A DNA stretch of 64,000 nucleotides from Eledone cirrhosa (Eukaryota), in NCBI GenBank assembly GCA_964016885.1, contig OZ024743.1, forward strand, positions 75,144,001-75,208,000, written 5' to 3'. This document shows positions 23,298 to 35,925 of this stretch, piece by piece. The translations under genes were made by a program, and so were the position numbers. The number at the start of each line of letters is the position of its first letter. The stretch's first letter is position 1. The notes beneath the pieces are model-generated. The model did no database searches and had not been told where the DNA came from. It saw nothing but the letters and a program-made list of their open reading frames with translations.

Positions 23298-25377
23298 AAA
23301 GGTTCTCAAACTTTTGGTGCCACCTCACACCCTCGCGGCCACATAAGACCCTCAGTGCTCCCCACACCCCTATTTCCAGAGAGACCTACCTACACGCAAA
23401 TTGTAAATAATATATAATAAATAAAATCGTTAATTTATATATAACTAGCTGAGGTACCCAGCTTCGCCAAGGTTAACAAATGATAAGAGAAGACCGGCAG
23501 AAGAGAAAACGTCTGTATTGAATCCATTATCTTGTTTACAGTGTGTGAGTATTGTGTGTGTATGTGTGTGTGTGTTTGTGTATATATGTGTGTGTGAGTG
23601 TTCGTGTGTGTGGGGGGGTGAGTGTTCGTGTGTGTGCGTGTGTGTAAACCACCGTTGGAATCGGAGACATAGGCCGCGAAACACGATCATCACTGACAAC
23701 GAACTCGTAGAGAGAATCCCTTATGTTTGATTCCCAACCTGCTAGAAATAGCAGTCAGGTTGGTTAGCATACTTGGTATGTCTTTCTTCTTCTTTGGTGT
23801 TATAAAATTAGTATCAATAAACTTTCCTGGATATACTCTTATCCCAATCCTGTACATACTTTCCGATTGTCACTTTCCGGTTTTTTTCGTGTGATACGCG
23901 AAGGAACCAACCAACAAAGATCTCTCTTTTATATCTCTTTTATTTGTTCATTCGAAATATTTTTCAGCTAATTCTGTCGTACAATATACATCAGCAATCG
24001 TTAGCTAATGTTTAAAACATATGAATACCTGCGACATATGCACCATATAAATCAAAAACGATATGAGAATTGAATACCACACTAAAGCGCCAGTAAGCTT
24101 GGTAAGAACCTGCAGATAGAAATGTTAATAAATACAACATTTGGCTTGGGTAAACTTTAAGATGTTCTTTCATTGTAGGTTTCTTTTCTCAACTAGTACG
24201 TTAAAGAAAATTGATAGTTACAACAATAAAGGTTGAACAGAGAACACATTTTTTAACAAACTTTACAATAATTTGTACAACCATAATGGAAATTCCAAGT
24301 AACAGAAAATACATAAATTACATTGTTAGAGCCTCAGCATATACAATATTTTTTGTTCGGCCCTCGGGAGCAAAGATTAAGAGATTGTTTGGCGAACTCA
24401 ACCTAGAGCATCCTACATACAATTGACCATGGTTTTCCCAGATAAAAGCCAGCCACTTTTAGGGTTTGACCCTGAGCTTTGTTGATGGTAATCGCGAAGC
24501 TTAGTCTCTCTGTTTCTCTAGTAATATTTTTTCTTCTGAAGATCTGATCTTGCGGCTAGGCTAGGACTTTTGGGGTGGCATATCGGCAGTAACAATGACG
24601 ATAAGCCGTCTGTGCTTTCGTGAAATAAATACGTTTGTTATAACATTTTTTCTTCTGGAAAATCTGATCTTGCGGCCAGGCTGGGACTTTTGGGGTGGCA
24701 TCTCGGCAGTAACAATGACGATAAACCGTCTGTGCTTTCGTGAAATAAATACGTTTGTTTATATTTTGTTTTTGTGTATGCAAAAATATCTGTACACGAA
24801 TATATAATTATATATATATATTAAAATAACATATTAAAGTCTGAGCAAACGGGATCTTCTGAAACTAAAAAAATCAATCTGTGAACGCAGAAGTAAATAT
24901 TTCGAAAAACGTTGCAACCGAAAGAAAACAGGAAGATGATACTTTGGTTTGTGAAGACGTTAGGAATGTCGTATAACCGGAAGTGTTGACATTTGAAAAT
25001 GTTAAAGAAGTGAATATTTAAATAATGTCTTTAATCTTTTAACAAAATTCAGTAGACAAAAATACCCTCACTTTCTTACATGGAAAAAGTTACATCTATG
25101 GTGCAAATTTGGTGCTTTTTGGTCCAGCCGCTTGGCGGAAAGTTTGTTACTTACATACGGCCGTCAGCTTTATAGTATAGATAAATAATATAATATATAC
25201 TATGTATAAATAAATATTATATATTTTTTATTTTACAATATTTATATATAATATGTATCATTTGATATTTAATATACTATTTTATCATCTCTACCTCAAC
25301 CTCAGGCAGTAGCACCCCACCCCCTGGAACTTTTCAACGCCCCTGGGGGCGATAACGCCCACTTTCAGAACCTTTGA
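23298..25377. mobile_element. hAT-like MITE interrupted by a Helitron
   Basis: Terminal inverted repeats CAAAGGTTCTCAAACT / ACTTTCAGAACCTTTG; no TSD found. Confidence 0.6.
23445..25181 (-). mobile_element. Non-autonomous Helitron
   Basis: Minus strand starts TCTATACTATAAAG and ends CCTTGGC-GAA-GCTGGG hairpin plus CTAG; inserted between A and T; absent from the paralog near 5306; internal ~120-bp duplication at 24525-24760. Confidence 0.85.
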
Positions 25378-25414
25378 TGGTTCATATCCCTTCGAACTAG
25401 TAAGTGTCAAAGCC

Positions 25415-25812
25415 AAGTCCGTCTACATGGGGCAGATAACATCATGAGAGTTGAGAAGGAGTTTCTTGAGAAATACTTCCTGAAAGACGACCAAAACCTC
25501 ACCCCCAGGGAATTTGCACAACAACTGCAGGGAATAAGACGACCAAAAACTCACCCCCAGGGAACTTGCACAACAACTGCAAGGAATAAGACGACCAAAA
25601 ACTCACCCCCAGGGAACTTGCACAACAACTGCAAGGAATAAGACGACCAAAAACTCACCCCCAGGGAACTTGCACAACAACTGCAAGGAATAAGACGACC
25701 AAAAACTCACCCCCAGGGAACTTGCACAACAACTGCAGGGAATTAGAGGAGGAAAAGTTATCAGTTTATCAAGAGGTCTTGCATGACTTTGTTGCCAGAA
25801 AGCTTCAAGGTG
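25415..25812 (+). mobile_element. R4/Dong-like fragment containing a 52-bp x5 minisatellite
   Basis: DNIMRVEKEFLEKY and HDFVARKLQ align with DKIMRVGKELLGRY and HGYVARKLQ of ORF 19975-20736; repeat at 25483-25743. Confidence 0.75.
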
Positions 25813-25813
25813 G

Positions 25814-25815
<2 letters not shown>

Positions 25816-25909
<94 letters not shown>

Positions 25910-25910
25910 A

Positions 25911-25997
<87 letters not shown>
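25816..25997. repeat. (TAG)n microsatellite
   Basis: Read directly. Confidence 0.98.
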
Positions 25998-26549
25998 TGC
26001 TGTTGTGCTATTGTTGCTGTTGTAGTGGTAATGCTGGTGGTGGTGGTGGTGATAGTTAAGTTAGTAGTTTTGGTGTAGTTAATTGGTGTGGTAATGATGA
26101 TAGTAGTGTGGGAGACATCAAAGCTTTCATCCTGCCAGATAAAGAACAAGAATCTGCCTTCATTAGCGCAACACACATCAAATGATATATTTTTATTTGC
26201 CATTCTCTCAAGGTAATCATCGGATCTTTTATTAAAATTGTTTCATCTCCACTTCTCAACTTTTTATTCTGTTCAGATTTAGAAAAATTTATTTCCACAT
26301 ACTCTCTCGATAATTTATAATATTTGTTGATTGAATGTGTGTGTGTATGTATCAGTGTGGTGTGTGTATATGTATCAGTGTGTGTGTTTGTGTCAGTGTG
26401 TGTGTGTATGTGTCTGTGTTTATGTGTCAGTGTGTGTATATGTGTCTGTGTTTATGTGTCAGTGTGTGTATATCTGTGGGTGGGGTTTGTGTAGGCAGTT
26501 ATTCCTGTGCTTTAGTTATATTCAACCACATTCATCTTTCTTAAGCAGT

Positions 26550-27029
26550 TTACACATTACTAGTAACTATAAATCATCCACCACTTACTATAACTACACC
26601 ATTACAGGACTCGAACCAGTGTAGAAATATTTACACTGTCATTAGAATATTTGGAGTAACGTAGCTCGGAGTTCAGAGGGTCACTCCAGGTAGTGTTACT
26701 ACTTCTCCAAATTGAGAGATCACAGCTCTGATATCACGGGCATGTAGTTAGAATGTCCCAGGAAAGAATCGCTGGACAGATTTTAAGGGCAAAACCAACC
26801 GGCAAGAGACCCGGGGGTAGACCCCGAGTAACATGGTTGGATAACATCCATGAGCTCAGCTGGTCAAGCTTGGGGTTCCAGCCGGATCAGTTGGGGACGG
26901 TTGCTTCTGACAGAATCTCCTGGAAGGAGTGTTAGAGGACTCTGGCCCCATGACCCTCTCGGGAAGAAGAAGAAGAAGAAGAAGAAGAAGAAGAAGAAGA
27001 AGAAGAAGAAGAAGAAGAAGAAGAAGAAG

Positions 27030-27099
<70 letters not shown>

Positions 27100-27125
27100 A
27101 CCAGATGATGATGATGATGATGAAG
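26550..27125 (+). mobile_element. RTE-like 3' fragment with ~100-bp extra head and (GAA)n(CAA)n(GAT)n tail
   Basis: Inverted paralog of 33865-34327 including the head. Confidence 0.75.
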
Positions 27126-27278
27126 AACAAGGAGGAAAAGATTTAAATCAACAAATAACAGTAGATTTTTAACTTTGTTCCTGGATGTTGTGCTCTCCCA
27201 TTGATAACCTAAGAAATCGAGAAATTGAAATTGCGGGTTCTGTAACAAATCAGAAATACAGTGTATATATTTCCAAGT

Positions 27279-29951
27279 AGGCGAATTGGTAGAGTCGCGA
27301 GAACGTCAGATAGAATAGTTTGTGGTATTGGTAGAGTCGTTAGAACGTCAGATAGAATAGGCTGTGGTATTGGTAGAGTCGTTAGAACGTCAGATAGAAT
27401 AGTTTGTGGTATTGGTAGAGTCGCGAGAACGTCAGATAGAATAGTTTGTGGTAATGGTAGAGTCGTTAGAACGTCAGATAGAATAGTTTGTGGTATTGGT
27501 AGAGTCGTTAGAACGTCAGATAGAATAGTTTGTGGTATTGGTAGAGTCGTTAGAACGTCAGATAGAATAGTTTGTGGTATTGGTAGAGTCGTTAGAACGT
27601 CAGATAGAATAGTTTGTGGTATTGGTAGAGTCGTTAGAACGTCAGATAGAATAGTTTGTGGTAATGGTAGAGTCGTTAGAACGTCAGATAGAATAGTTTG
27701 TGGTATTGGTAGAGTCGCGAGAACGTCAGATAGAATAGTTTGTGGTATTGGTAGAGTCGTTAGAACGTCAGATAGAATAGTTTGTGGTATTGGTAGAGTC
27801 GTTAGAACGTCAGATAGAATAGTTTGTGGTATTGGTAGAGTCGTTAGAACGTCAGATAGAATAGTTTGTGGTATTGGTAGAGTCGTTAGAACGTCAGATA
27901 GAATAGTTTGTGGTATTGGTAGAGTCGTTAGAACGTCAGATAGAATAGTTTGTGGTATTGGTAGAGTCGTTAGAACGTCAGATAGAATAGTTTGTGGTAT
28001 TGGTAGAGTCGTTAGAACGTCAGATAGAATAGTTTGTGGTATTGGTAGAGTCGCGAGAACGTCAGATAGAATAGTTTGTGGTAATGGTAGAGTCGTTAGA
28101 ACGTCAGATAGAATAGTTTGTGGTATTGGTAGAGTCGTTAGAACGTCAGATAGAATAGTTTGTGGTATTGGTAGAGTCGTTAGAACGTCAGATAGAATAG
28201 TTTGTGGTATTGGTAGAGTCGTTAGAACGTCAGATAGAATAGTTTGTGGTATTGGTAGAGTCGCGAGAACGTCAGATAGAATAGTTTGTGGTAATGGTAG
28301 AGTCGTTAGAACGTCAGATAGAATAGTTTGTGGTATTGGTAGAGTCGTTAGAACGTCAGATAGAATAGTTTGTGGTATTGGTAGAGTCGTTAGAACGTCA
28401 GATAGAATAGTTTGTGGTATTGGTAGAGTCGCGAGAACGTCAGATAGAATAGTTTGTGGTAATGGTAGAGTCGTTAGAACGTCAGATAGAATAGTTTGTG
28501 GTATTGGTAGAGTCGTTAGAACGTCAGATAGAATAGTTTGTGGTATTGGTAGAGTCGTTAGAACGTCAGATAGAATAGTTTGTGGTATTGGTAGAGTCGT
28601 TAGAACGTCAGATAGAATAGTTTGTGGTATTGGTAGAGTCGTTAGAACGTCAGATAGAATAGTTTGTGGTATTGGTAGAGTCGTTAGAACGTCAGATAGT
28701 ATAGTTTGTGGTATTGGTAGAGTCGTTAGAACGTCAGATAGAATAGTTTGTGGTATTGGTAGAGTCGTTAGAACGTCAGATAGAATAGTTTGTGGTATTG
28801 GTAGAGTCGTTAGAACGTCAGATAGAATAGTTTGTGGTATTGGTAGAGTCGCGAGAACGTCAGATAGAATAGTTTCTGGTATTGGTAGAGTCGTTAGAAC
28901 GTCAGATAGAATAGGCTGTGGTATTGGTAGAGTCGCGAGAACGTCAGATAGAATAGTTTGTGGTATTGGTAGAGTCGTTAGAACGTCAGATAGAATAGGT
29001 AGTGGTATTGGTAGAGTCGCGAGAACGTCAGATAGAATAGGCTGTGGTATTGGTAGAGTCGTGAGAACGTCAGATAGAATAGGCTGTGGTATTGGTAGAG
29101 TCGTTAGAACGTCAGATAGAATAGGTTGTGGTAAGGGTAGAGTCGTTAGAACGTCAGATAGAATAGTTTGTGGTATTGGTAGAGTCGCGAGAACGTCAGA
29201 TAGAATAGGCTGTGGTATTGGTAGAGTCGCGAGAACGTCAGATAGAATAGTTTGTGGTATTGGTAGAGTCGTTAGAACGTCAGATAGAATAGTTTGTGGT
29301 ATTGGTAGAGTCGTTAGAACGTCAGATAGAACAGTTTGTGGTATTGGTAGAGTCGTTAGAACGTCAGATAGAACAGTTTGTGGTATTGGTAGAGTCGTTA
29401 GAACGTCAGATAGAACAGTTTGTGGTATTGGTAGAGTCGTTAGAACGTCAGATAGAATAGTTTCTGGTATTGGTAGAGTCGTTAGAACGTCAGATAGAAC
29501 AGTTTGTGGTATTGGTAGAGTCGTTAGAACGTCAGATAGAATAGTTTCTGGTATTGGTAGAGTCGTTAGAACGTCAGATAGAACAGTTTGTGGTATTGGT
29601 AGAGTCATTAGAACGTCAGATAGAATAGTTTCTGATATTGGTAGAGTCATTAGAACGTCAGATAGAACAGTTTGTGGTATTGGTAGTCTTAAAACGTCAG
29701 ATAGAACAGTTTGTGATATTGGTAGAGTCGTTAGAACGTCAGATAGAATGGTTTGTGATATTGGTAGAGTCATTAGAACGTCAGATAGAATATTTTGTGG
29801 TATTGGTAGAGTCGTTAGAACGTCAGATAGAATGGTTTGTGATATTGGTTTCAGCTCTCTGCTCTCTGCGTTTAAATCCTGCCGAGGTCAAATTTGCCTT
29901 TCATCCATTCAATGTCGATAAAAAAAGTACCAGTCAAGTACTGGGTCGATT
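27279..29951 (+). mobile_element. SINE expanded internally by a 42-bp satellite
   Basis: Starts GGCGAATTGGTAGAGTCG. After the array: degenerate B box GCGTTTAAATCC, then GCCGAGGTCAAATTTGCCTTTCATCC...GTCGATAAAAAAAGTACCAG. Confidence 0.8.
27287..29846. repeat. 42-bp satellite array 1 (about 61 units)
   Basis: Unit TGGTAGAGTCGTTAGAACGTCAGATAGAATAGTTTGTGGTAT. Confidence 0.98.
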
Positions 29952-30496
29952 CTTCCTCTATATTTATTTCTCGCTTGTATTCTATCACTCACTTTATCCT
30001 TCTTTGAAAGAAATCTGCTGTATTGATACCTGAAGAGGAGATGGGCTCCGTCAGGTTTAAAAATACCCTAGAAACACTGTATGTCAATGTGGCGCCCCTA
30101 CGACTCCCTCAGGTGTTACGAGACCATACATGTTTCCATGTGAACAATTGACTCCAGCGATTCATGGCGGATTTATGGGGGGTTTTTTTAATAAAGCTGG
30201 TTCAACAATCCAGATGTTAGGTCAGCTTTGTTCTGCTAAAACCTACATAGACGTCCTCCATATATGTCTCTGTGTCCAGAGACATATGAGGAGAATATGT
30301 ATCTACACAGACCTTTCTAGAACAAAGATGCCGTAAAACTGGATTGCCGAACCACACTTAAAACGCTAAAACTCACTCTGAGAACTAAAGTTGTCAGATT
30401 GGAACTAAACTAGTAGATTATGCTACTTTTCAGGTTGCACATGACTTTTGTTTTTCTTTTAAATTGGCTACTTACTACATTTGGGCTTACGTATTA

Positions 30497-30528
<32 letters not shown>

Positions 30529-30676
30529 CGGACTACACTCTGCTACTTTTGATTTTAAAATTTACATTAATTATATTTTTAAACAAATTTATAGACAAAT
30601 AAATACTGTAATGTGTGGATTGAGGGATATTTGGTTGCTATTTCTAGCATGCCAAGCGACTATTTAAAGGACCCTT

Positions 30677-31080
30677 GATGGTTTCTGATGTAAGCACAAG
30701 GTCAACAACTTTGGAAGAAAGGGAAAGTCTATTAAATCGACCACAGTTCATTACTGGTACTTTATTCTATCGACCCCGTAAGGATGAAAGACTAAGTTAA
30801 CCTCGGCTGGATTTGAACTCAGACTGTAAAGGGTTGTAACTCTGTGCTGCAAAGCATGGTGACCAACGCTCTACTTATACTGCCAATACCGCCCTGTTCC
30901 TTGGTGTAATAATTGTTTCTACTTTTGGCACAAGGTCAGCAATTACCCCCAGTACATTACTGGTACTTTATTTTATCGAGCCCGTAAGGATGAAAGGCAA
31001 AGTTAACTCAGAATGGCAGGGGCCGTAACTCTATGCGTCAAAGTATGGCATCCGACCCTCTACCGATACTGCCAATCCTT
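30677..31080 (-). mobile_element. Two tandem SINE copies (family of 485-1096)
   Basis: ATTTGAACTCAG and TTATCGACCCCGTAAGGATGAAAG motifs. Confidence 0.85.
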
Positions 31081-31176
31081 GGTATAATAATGTCAACCGA
31101 AACTTGTTAATAACAGTTTATATCTTCAGATCACCAAAGTCTCAACAAGCTACTTTTTATCCCAGTTATTTCATAT

Positions 31177-31555
31177 CTATACTCATTTATCAATGAGAAA
31201 TTGTTCAATGTGAGACAAAAATATTTATACTCATTTATCAATGAGAAATTGTTCAATGTGAGACAAAAATATTTATACTCATTTATCAATGAGAAATTGT
31301 TCAATGTGAGACAAAAATATTTATACTCATTTATCAATGAGCAATTGTTCAATGTGAGATAAAAATAATTATACTCATTTATCAATGAGCAATTGTTCAA
31401 TGTGTGATAAAAATATTTATACTCATTTATCAATGAGCAATTTTTCAATGTGTGATAAAAATATTTATGTTCATTTATCAATGAGAAATTGTTCAATGTG
31501 TGATAAAAATATTTATGTTCATTTATCAATGAGAAATTGTTCAATGTGAGATAAA
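31177..31555. repeat. 48-bp minisatellite, about 8 units
   Basis: TATACTCATTTATCAATGAGAAATTGTTCAATGTGAGACAAAAATATT. Confidence 0.95.
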
Positions 31556-32289
31556 AAGAATCAAAATTTGTGGCTCATTGATCTGCGTTTGTTTTTTATT
31601 GAGTGAGAGAGGTGAGTAAATTAATGTGTGATAGTCATAAAGCATTTTCTATTATAGCTTAGTTAGAATGAAAGGTAGTGTCCATGACACTTTCAGAACC
31701 TACAACATTGGTATTGGTATGGGAGGGAATGTATCAGCAAACTGGAGATCTAGAACGAAATGTTTGCACAGAGCGGATTCTGTTAAAGGCATCCAACGTC
31801 CAGTTGATGATGTTTAATAAAATTCACAAAATTGATTTAACAAATCATGCTTCTCCAGTTAAAGGGGAAAATCACGATAAACTCTTAAAACATTATTTTC
31901 TTCAGTAAAAAAATAACAGAATTAGAACTACAGTTAATAACATTTCTAGATTATTGAGCATATATTAGTAGCGTTGGTCATTTGGGACAACTTATTAAGA
32001 AATGAGATTGTTCGTGTTCCATTAAACTGAAAAGACAAAAAGGCATGACACTTAAAAGACATTTTATTGTTCCATCCTTACTGGAAAAGTAAATTGAAGA
32101 CATAATTAAAAGTCAGTTATTGATTCTGGTCGAATCAATGTATATTGCTAGTGAATAGCATCTGTGTGTGTACGTGTGTGTACGTGTGTGTATGTGTGTG
32201 TACGTGTGTGTATGTGAGGAATTTCAATAAACAACAAAGTTATATTGTATTACAGGTGGTCTAAAACAGTCTAAAGTCTGTCTCGATCT

Positions 32290-32550
32290 CGCAGGCTCAT
32301 CAGGCCAGTGCTTATCCCGGTTACCGTGGCATTAAGCGACTGAGAGTACATGATTCCCCCTGAACAGGACACCAGTCCATCGCAGGGTTAAACCCCCAGC
32401 TATTGCTGGTACACATTTCCATCTGAGTATACTGGAGCAACGTGAAATGAAGTGTTTTGCTCAAGAACACAACACACAACCCAGTACAAGAATCGAACCC
32501 ACGATGTTATGGTCGTAAGTCCAACACCCTTACCACTAAGCCACACACTT
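32290..32550 (-). mobile_element. tRNA-derived SINE, second family
   Basis: Minus strand GTGGCTTAGTGGTAAGG (A box) and GGTTCGATTC (B box), then GTGTTCTTGAGCAAAACACTT. Confidence 0.8.
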
Positions 32551-32654
32551 CCACATTACGAGTGATAGGGAAGTTAACTCCTGTTGCAAAACCTATTGTT
32601 TTGGTGTTGTATCAAGTCATGCAGAAAACTCTAGACTAATGTGTGAATATTAAG

Positions 32655-33068
32655 GCCAAAACATTTCGAAGGGAGGGCAAAGATAATTGAATCAAACCTA
32701 TTGCTTGACTGGTGATTTATTTTAGTGACCCTGGAAGAATGGAAAAGATGACCATCGCATAATTTGAACTCAGGACAGACACTGTAATGGCATTTTATAC
32801 GACGTTCTACCAATTCTGTCAATATACCCCACTCCTCTATATGTGAACTGATAAGGGTTTCTTATTTAGGAACAGGCCAACAATTTTGGGGGAGCAGAAA
32901 GTCAATTAAACCGATTCCAGTGCATTACTGGTACTTTATTTTATCGATCTCGTAACGATGAAAGGCAAAGCTAACCTCAGCAGGATTGTAACTCAGATCG
33001 TAAAAGGCCGTAACTCTATGCCATAAAGTATGTTGTCAAACGCTCTACTGATCCCTCAATCCACTGCC
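32655..33068 (-). mobile_element. Two diverged SINE copies (Meta-SINE-like)
   Basis: AATTTGAACTCAG and GATGAAAGGCAAAG motifs. Confidence 0.7.
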
Positions 33069-33864
33069 TTTTATGTGTGAACTAATATTAAAGACTTGTT
33101 TCCTAATGTAACAAAAGGAACTTCAATAATTTGAAACACCTAGCATTTTCTCTATATAACGAAATTGAATAATCCAAATTTGATTCTTATAAAATCTATT
33201 TACCACTTTCTCCACGTGCTGCTGGAAAATGACCTAACTTCTATTATCTTTTACGTGAATCGTACAACTGGTTTCAACACAACAATACGAAGAGAATTTT
33301 AACATAGAAATGTATAAATTAATCAACGATGATGGAGAACAATTGAAAATGAATGATTTCCATAAGTTTGTTAGCGAGGAGTAGCTTTATAAAACAACTT
33401 CCTTGCCTGTGGTCTACATTAAAATTACATTTTCAAATTACATCTAGCTGAGATGTTTTATGCGAGCTATGTACTGAAAGGCAACTAATGAATTTTATCT
33501 AGCCTTTATGTAAACTATGCTGAATACATTTGAAAAAATGACTTTGCTGTTCCAAACAGAAATGTCGAATTATTGTAGTATGTTTGAATAGCTCTGCAGT
33601 TTTATACTGTCTATGTTTACAAGAATGATACATCCTCATTGTGTAAATCTTGAAACGAATTTAGACATTAAACTATAGTACATACCAAGCGAAAAAGAAA
33701 ATGATTTTAAACACGGGTTCTGTAATATTTGGACAAACCAATTTCACAAGAACAAGAAAATGGAGTTTAAGCATTTTGAGACGGTGAAGAATTGGTGAAC
33801 TGTATGCTTAGAAATATTGACATACTTTGAAAGATTTTTTTTTCAATTATCTTTTCTTATGTCG

Positions 33865-34327
33865 TCTTCTTCTTCTTCTTCTTCTTCTTCTTCTTCTTCT
33901 TCTTCTTCTTCTTCCTGAGAGGGTCATGGGGGAAGAGTCCTCAATCTCTCCTTCCAACAGACCCTGTCAGAAGCAATCGTCTCCAACTAATCCGGCTGGA
34001 TCCCCAAGCTTGACCAGCTGAGCTCATGGATGTTCTCCAGCCATCTTGCTCGGGATCTATTCCTGGGTCTCCGGCCAGTTGATTTTGCCCTTAAAATCTG
34101 TCCAGTTATTCTTTTCTGGGACATTCTAACCACATGCCTATAATATCAGAGCTGTGATCTCTCAATTTGGAGAAGTAGTAACACTACCTGGAGTGTCTCT
34201 CTGATCTCCGAGCTACGTTACTCCAAATATTCTAATGACAGTGTAAATATTTCTACACTGGTTCGAGTCCTGTAATGGTGTAGTTATAGTAAGTGGTTGA
34301 TGATTTATAGTTACTAGTAATGTGTAA
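33865..34327 (-). mobile_element. RTE-like 3' fragment with (GAA)n tail and shared head
   Basis: Reverse-complement match to 26550-26965. Confidence 0.8.
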
Positions 34328-35629
34328 GCTTCTTCTGATCACCGAATGATGAAGCTAGTGTATTACTGCACCAGCTTATTATTATATTAGCTACACCCAT
34401 TTTATTTGTCATATGTACTTTGTCATGTAAAATATATTTCCATTTGCGCGATCAGTGGGATTTCGCGAAACTCAGAGTAACAACAGAATGTAGTCTCAAT
34501 ATTATAATTGATAATATTCTTTGCCTTTTTTTTTTGCATTTTTTCTTCTTACTTGTAAACTGAAACACACAGATGTCGGTGGAAGGGAGGGTGGATGTTG
34601 AACATGACTAAATGGTTTTTAATTAAGATTTCTTTTTTCAGACTAATCCCGATTAGTAAAAAGTTCAAATAATTACAATTATTCATAGTTTGATTCTCGG
34701 AATATATGTCATATACATTTGTAAAATTTCACTTTTGGAGTCTGAGATGACACCTTGTCAAATTCATAATTTTATCCATCTGGATATGGTTCCATTCCGA
34801 CTGTCTTTTAAGTAATCAATAAAAATAATAAAGCTTTTTGTGAGAAATCAAAAACATTTTCAATTATTTAGAACTAGTAGGATATAGATTGTATTTGATA
34901 AAAATTAGACAAAGTACTGGAAGACAACAGTATCTTCCAAAATCCTATCAACTCTGTTAAGACATTCTATTACTAGACTTTCTTTTACAAGTTTCTAGCT
35001 TTTTAAATGTTGGTTTTACTTAGTTATTTCTTTCAGTAGAGAAGCTTCAGAGATTCTTTTATAACGTCCAAAGACCAATTAACTGTAATCCCTGCCGCCA
35101 GTCGTAATTTACTGATAAACACCAAATATATGGACACGGGGGAGGGGGGCGGATAATATCGATAATTTTTCTAAGTTGTCTCCGTTGATTATTTTTTTAA
35201 ACCAGAATTAGTCGTTTAGTTTACATATTGAGACCCCAACCCATGCTATTTATTTTATAATGTATGAGATTTCTAGTAATGTACTTTTTTGTCATGTATA
35301 ATGTTTTTTTAATGTATAAAGAAAATTAATTGTTGCAAGAATGCTACCAATTAAAATAAAATTTCGCCGGAGATAGATTAGCAGAATTTAATAAGCGGGG
35401 GGAGGGGTTTAAGAGTAGAGAGAGTTGAAAAACTAAGCAGGGAGGGGACAATTATTCACGACCCGAGAGTAACTCTACAAGAATAAGGACAAAGGGGACT
35501 CAGCGTGACTCGAACTAAAGATGAAACTTAATATTTAAGGAAGTTAGTCAATCACTCCAGTAACAGAAATATTAACAACACTTCTTTGAAAATAAACTGC
35601 ATTTAATAAAATGAATATTGTGAAACAGA

Positions 35630-35859
35630 TTTTACGAGATAAACCAGCCAGCAGGAGACCCAGGGGTTAACCCCGAGTTATGGTTGGATAACATCAATGA
35701 GTTTGGCTGGTCTCATTTGGGGATCCGGTTGGATCAGTTGGAGACGGTTGCTTCTGACAGAACCCGCTGGTTGGAATGTTTGAGGACTCTGGCCCCACGA
35801 CCCTCTCAGGAATAAGTGGGCGAAGAAGAAGAAGAAGAAGAAGAAGAAGAAGAAGAAGA
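35630..35859 (+). mobile_element. RTE-like 3' fragment with (GAA)n tail
   Basis: Same family as 26651-26965. Confidence 0.8.
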
Positions 35860-35925
35860 ACTAATGTAATAAAGAAAACACCTACAGAAATGAAGTAGAA
35901 AAATAAAAACAAAGCAAAGGAACCT

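Noticed and set aside
27209-29921. 854-aa and 886-aa ORFs on opposite strands
   Set aside because: Translations of a 42-bp unit that lacks stops in those frames; the DNA is SINE-derived and has no unique coding domain.
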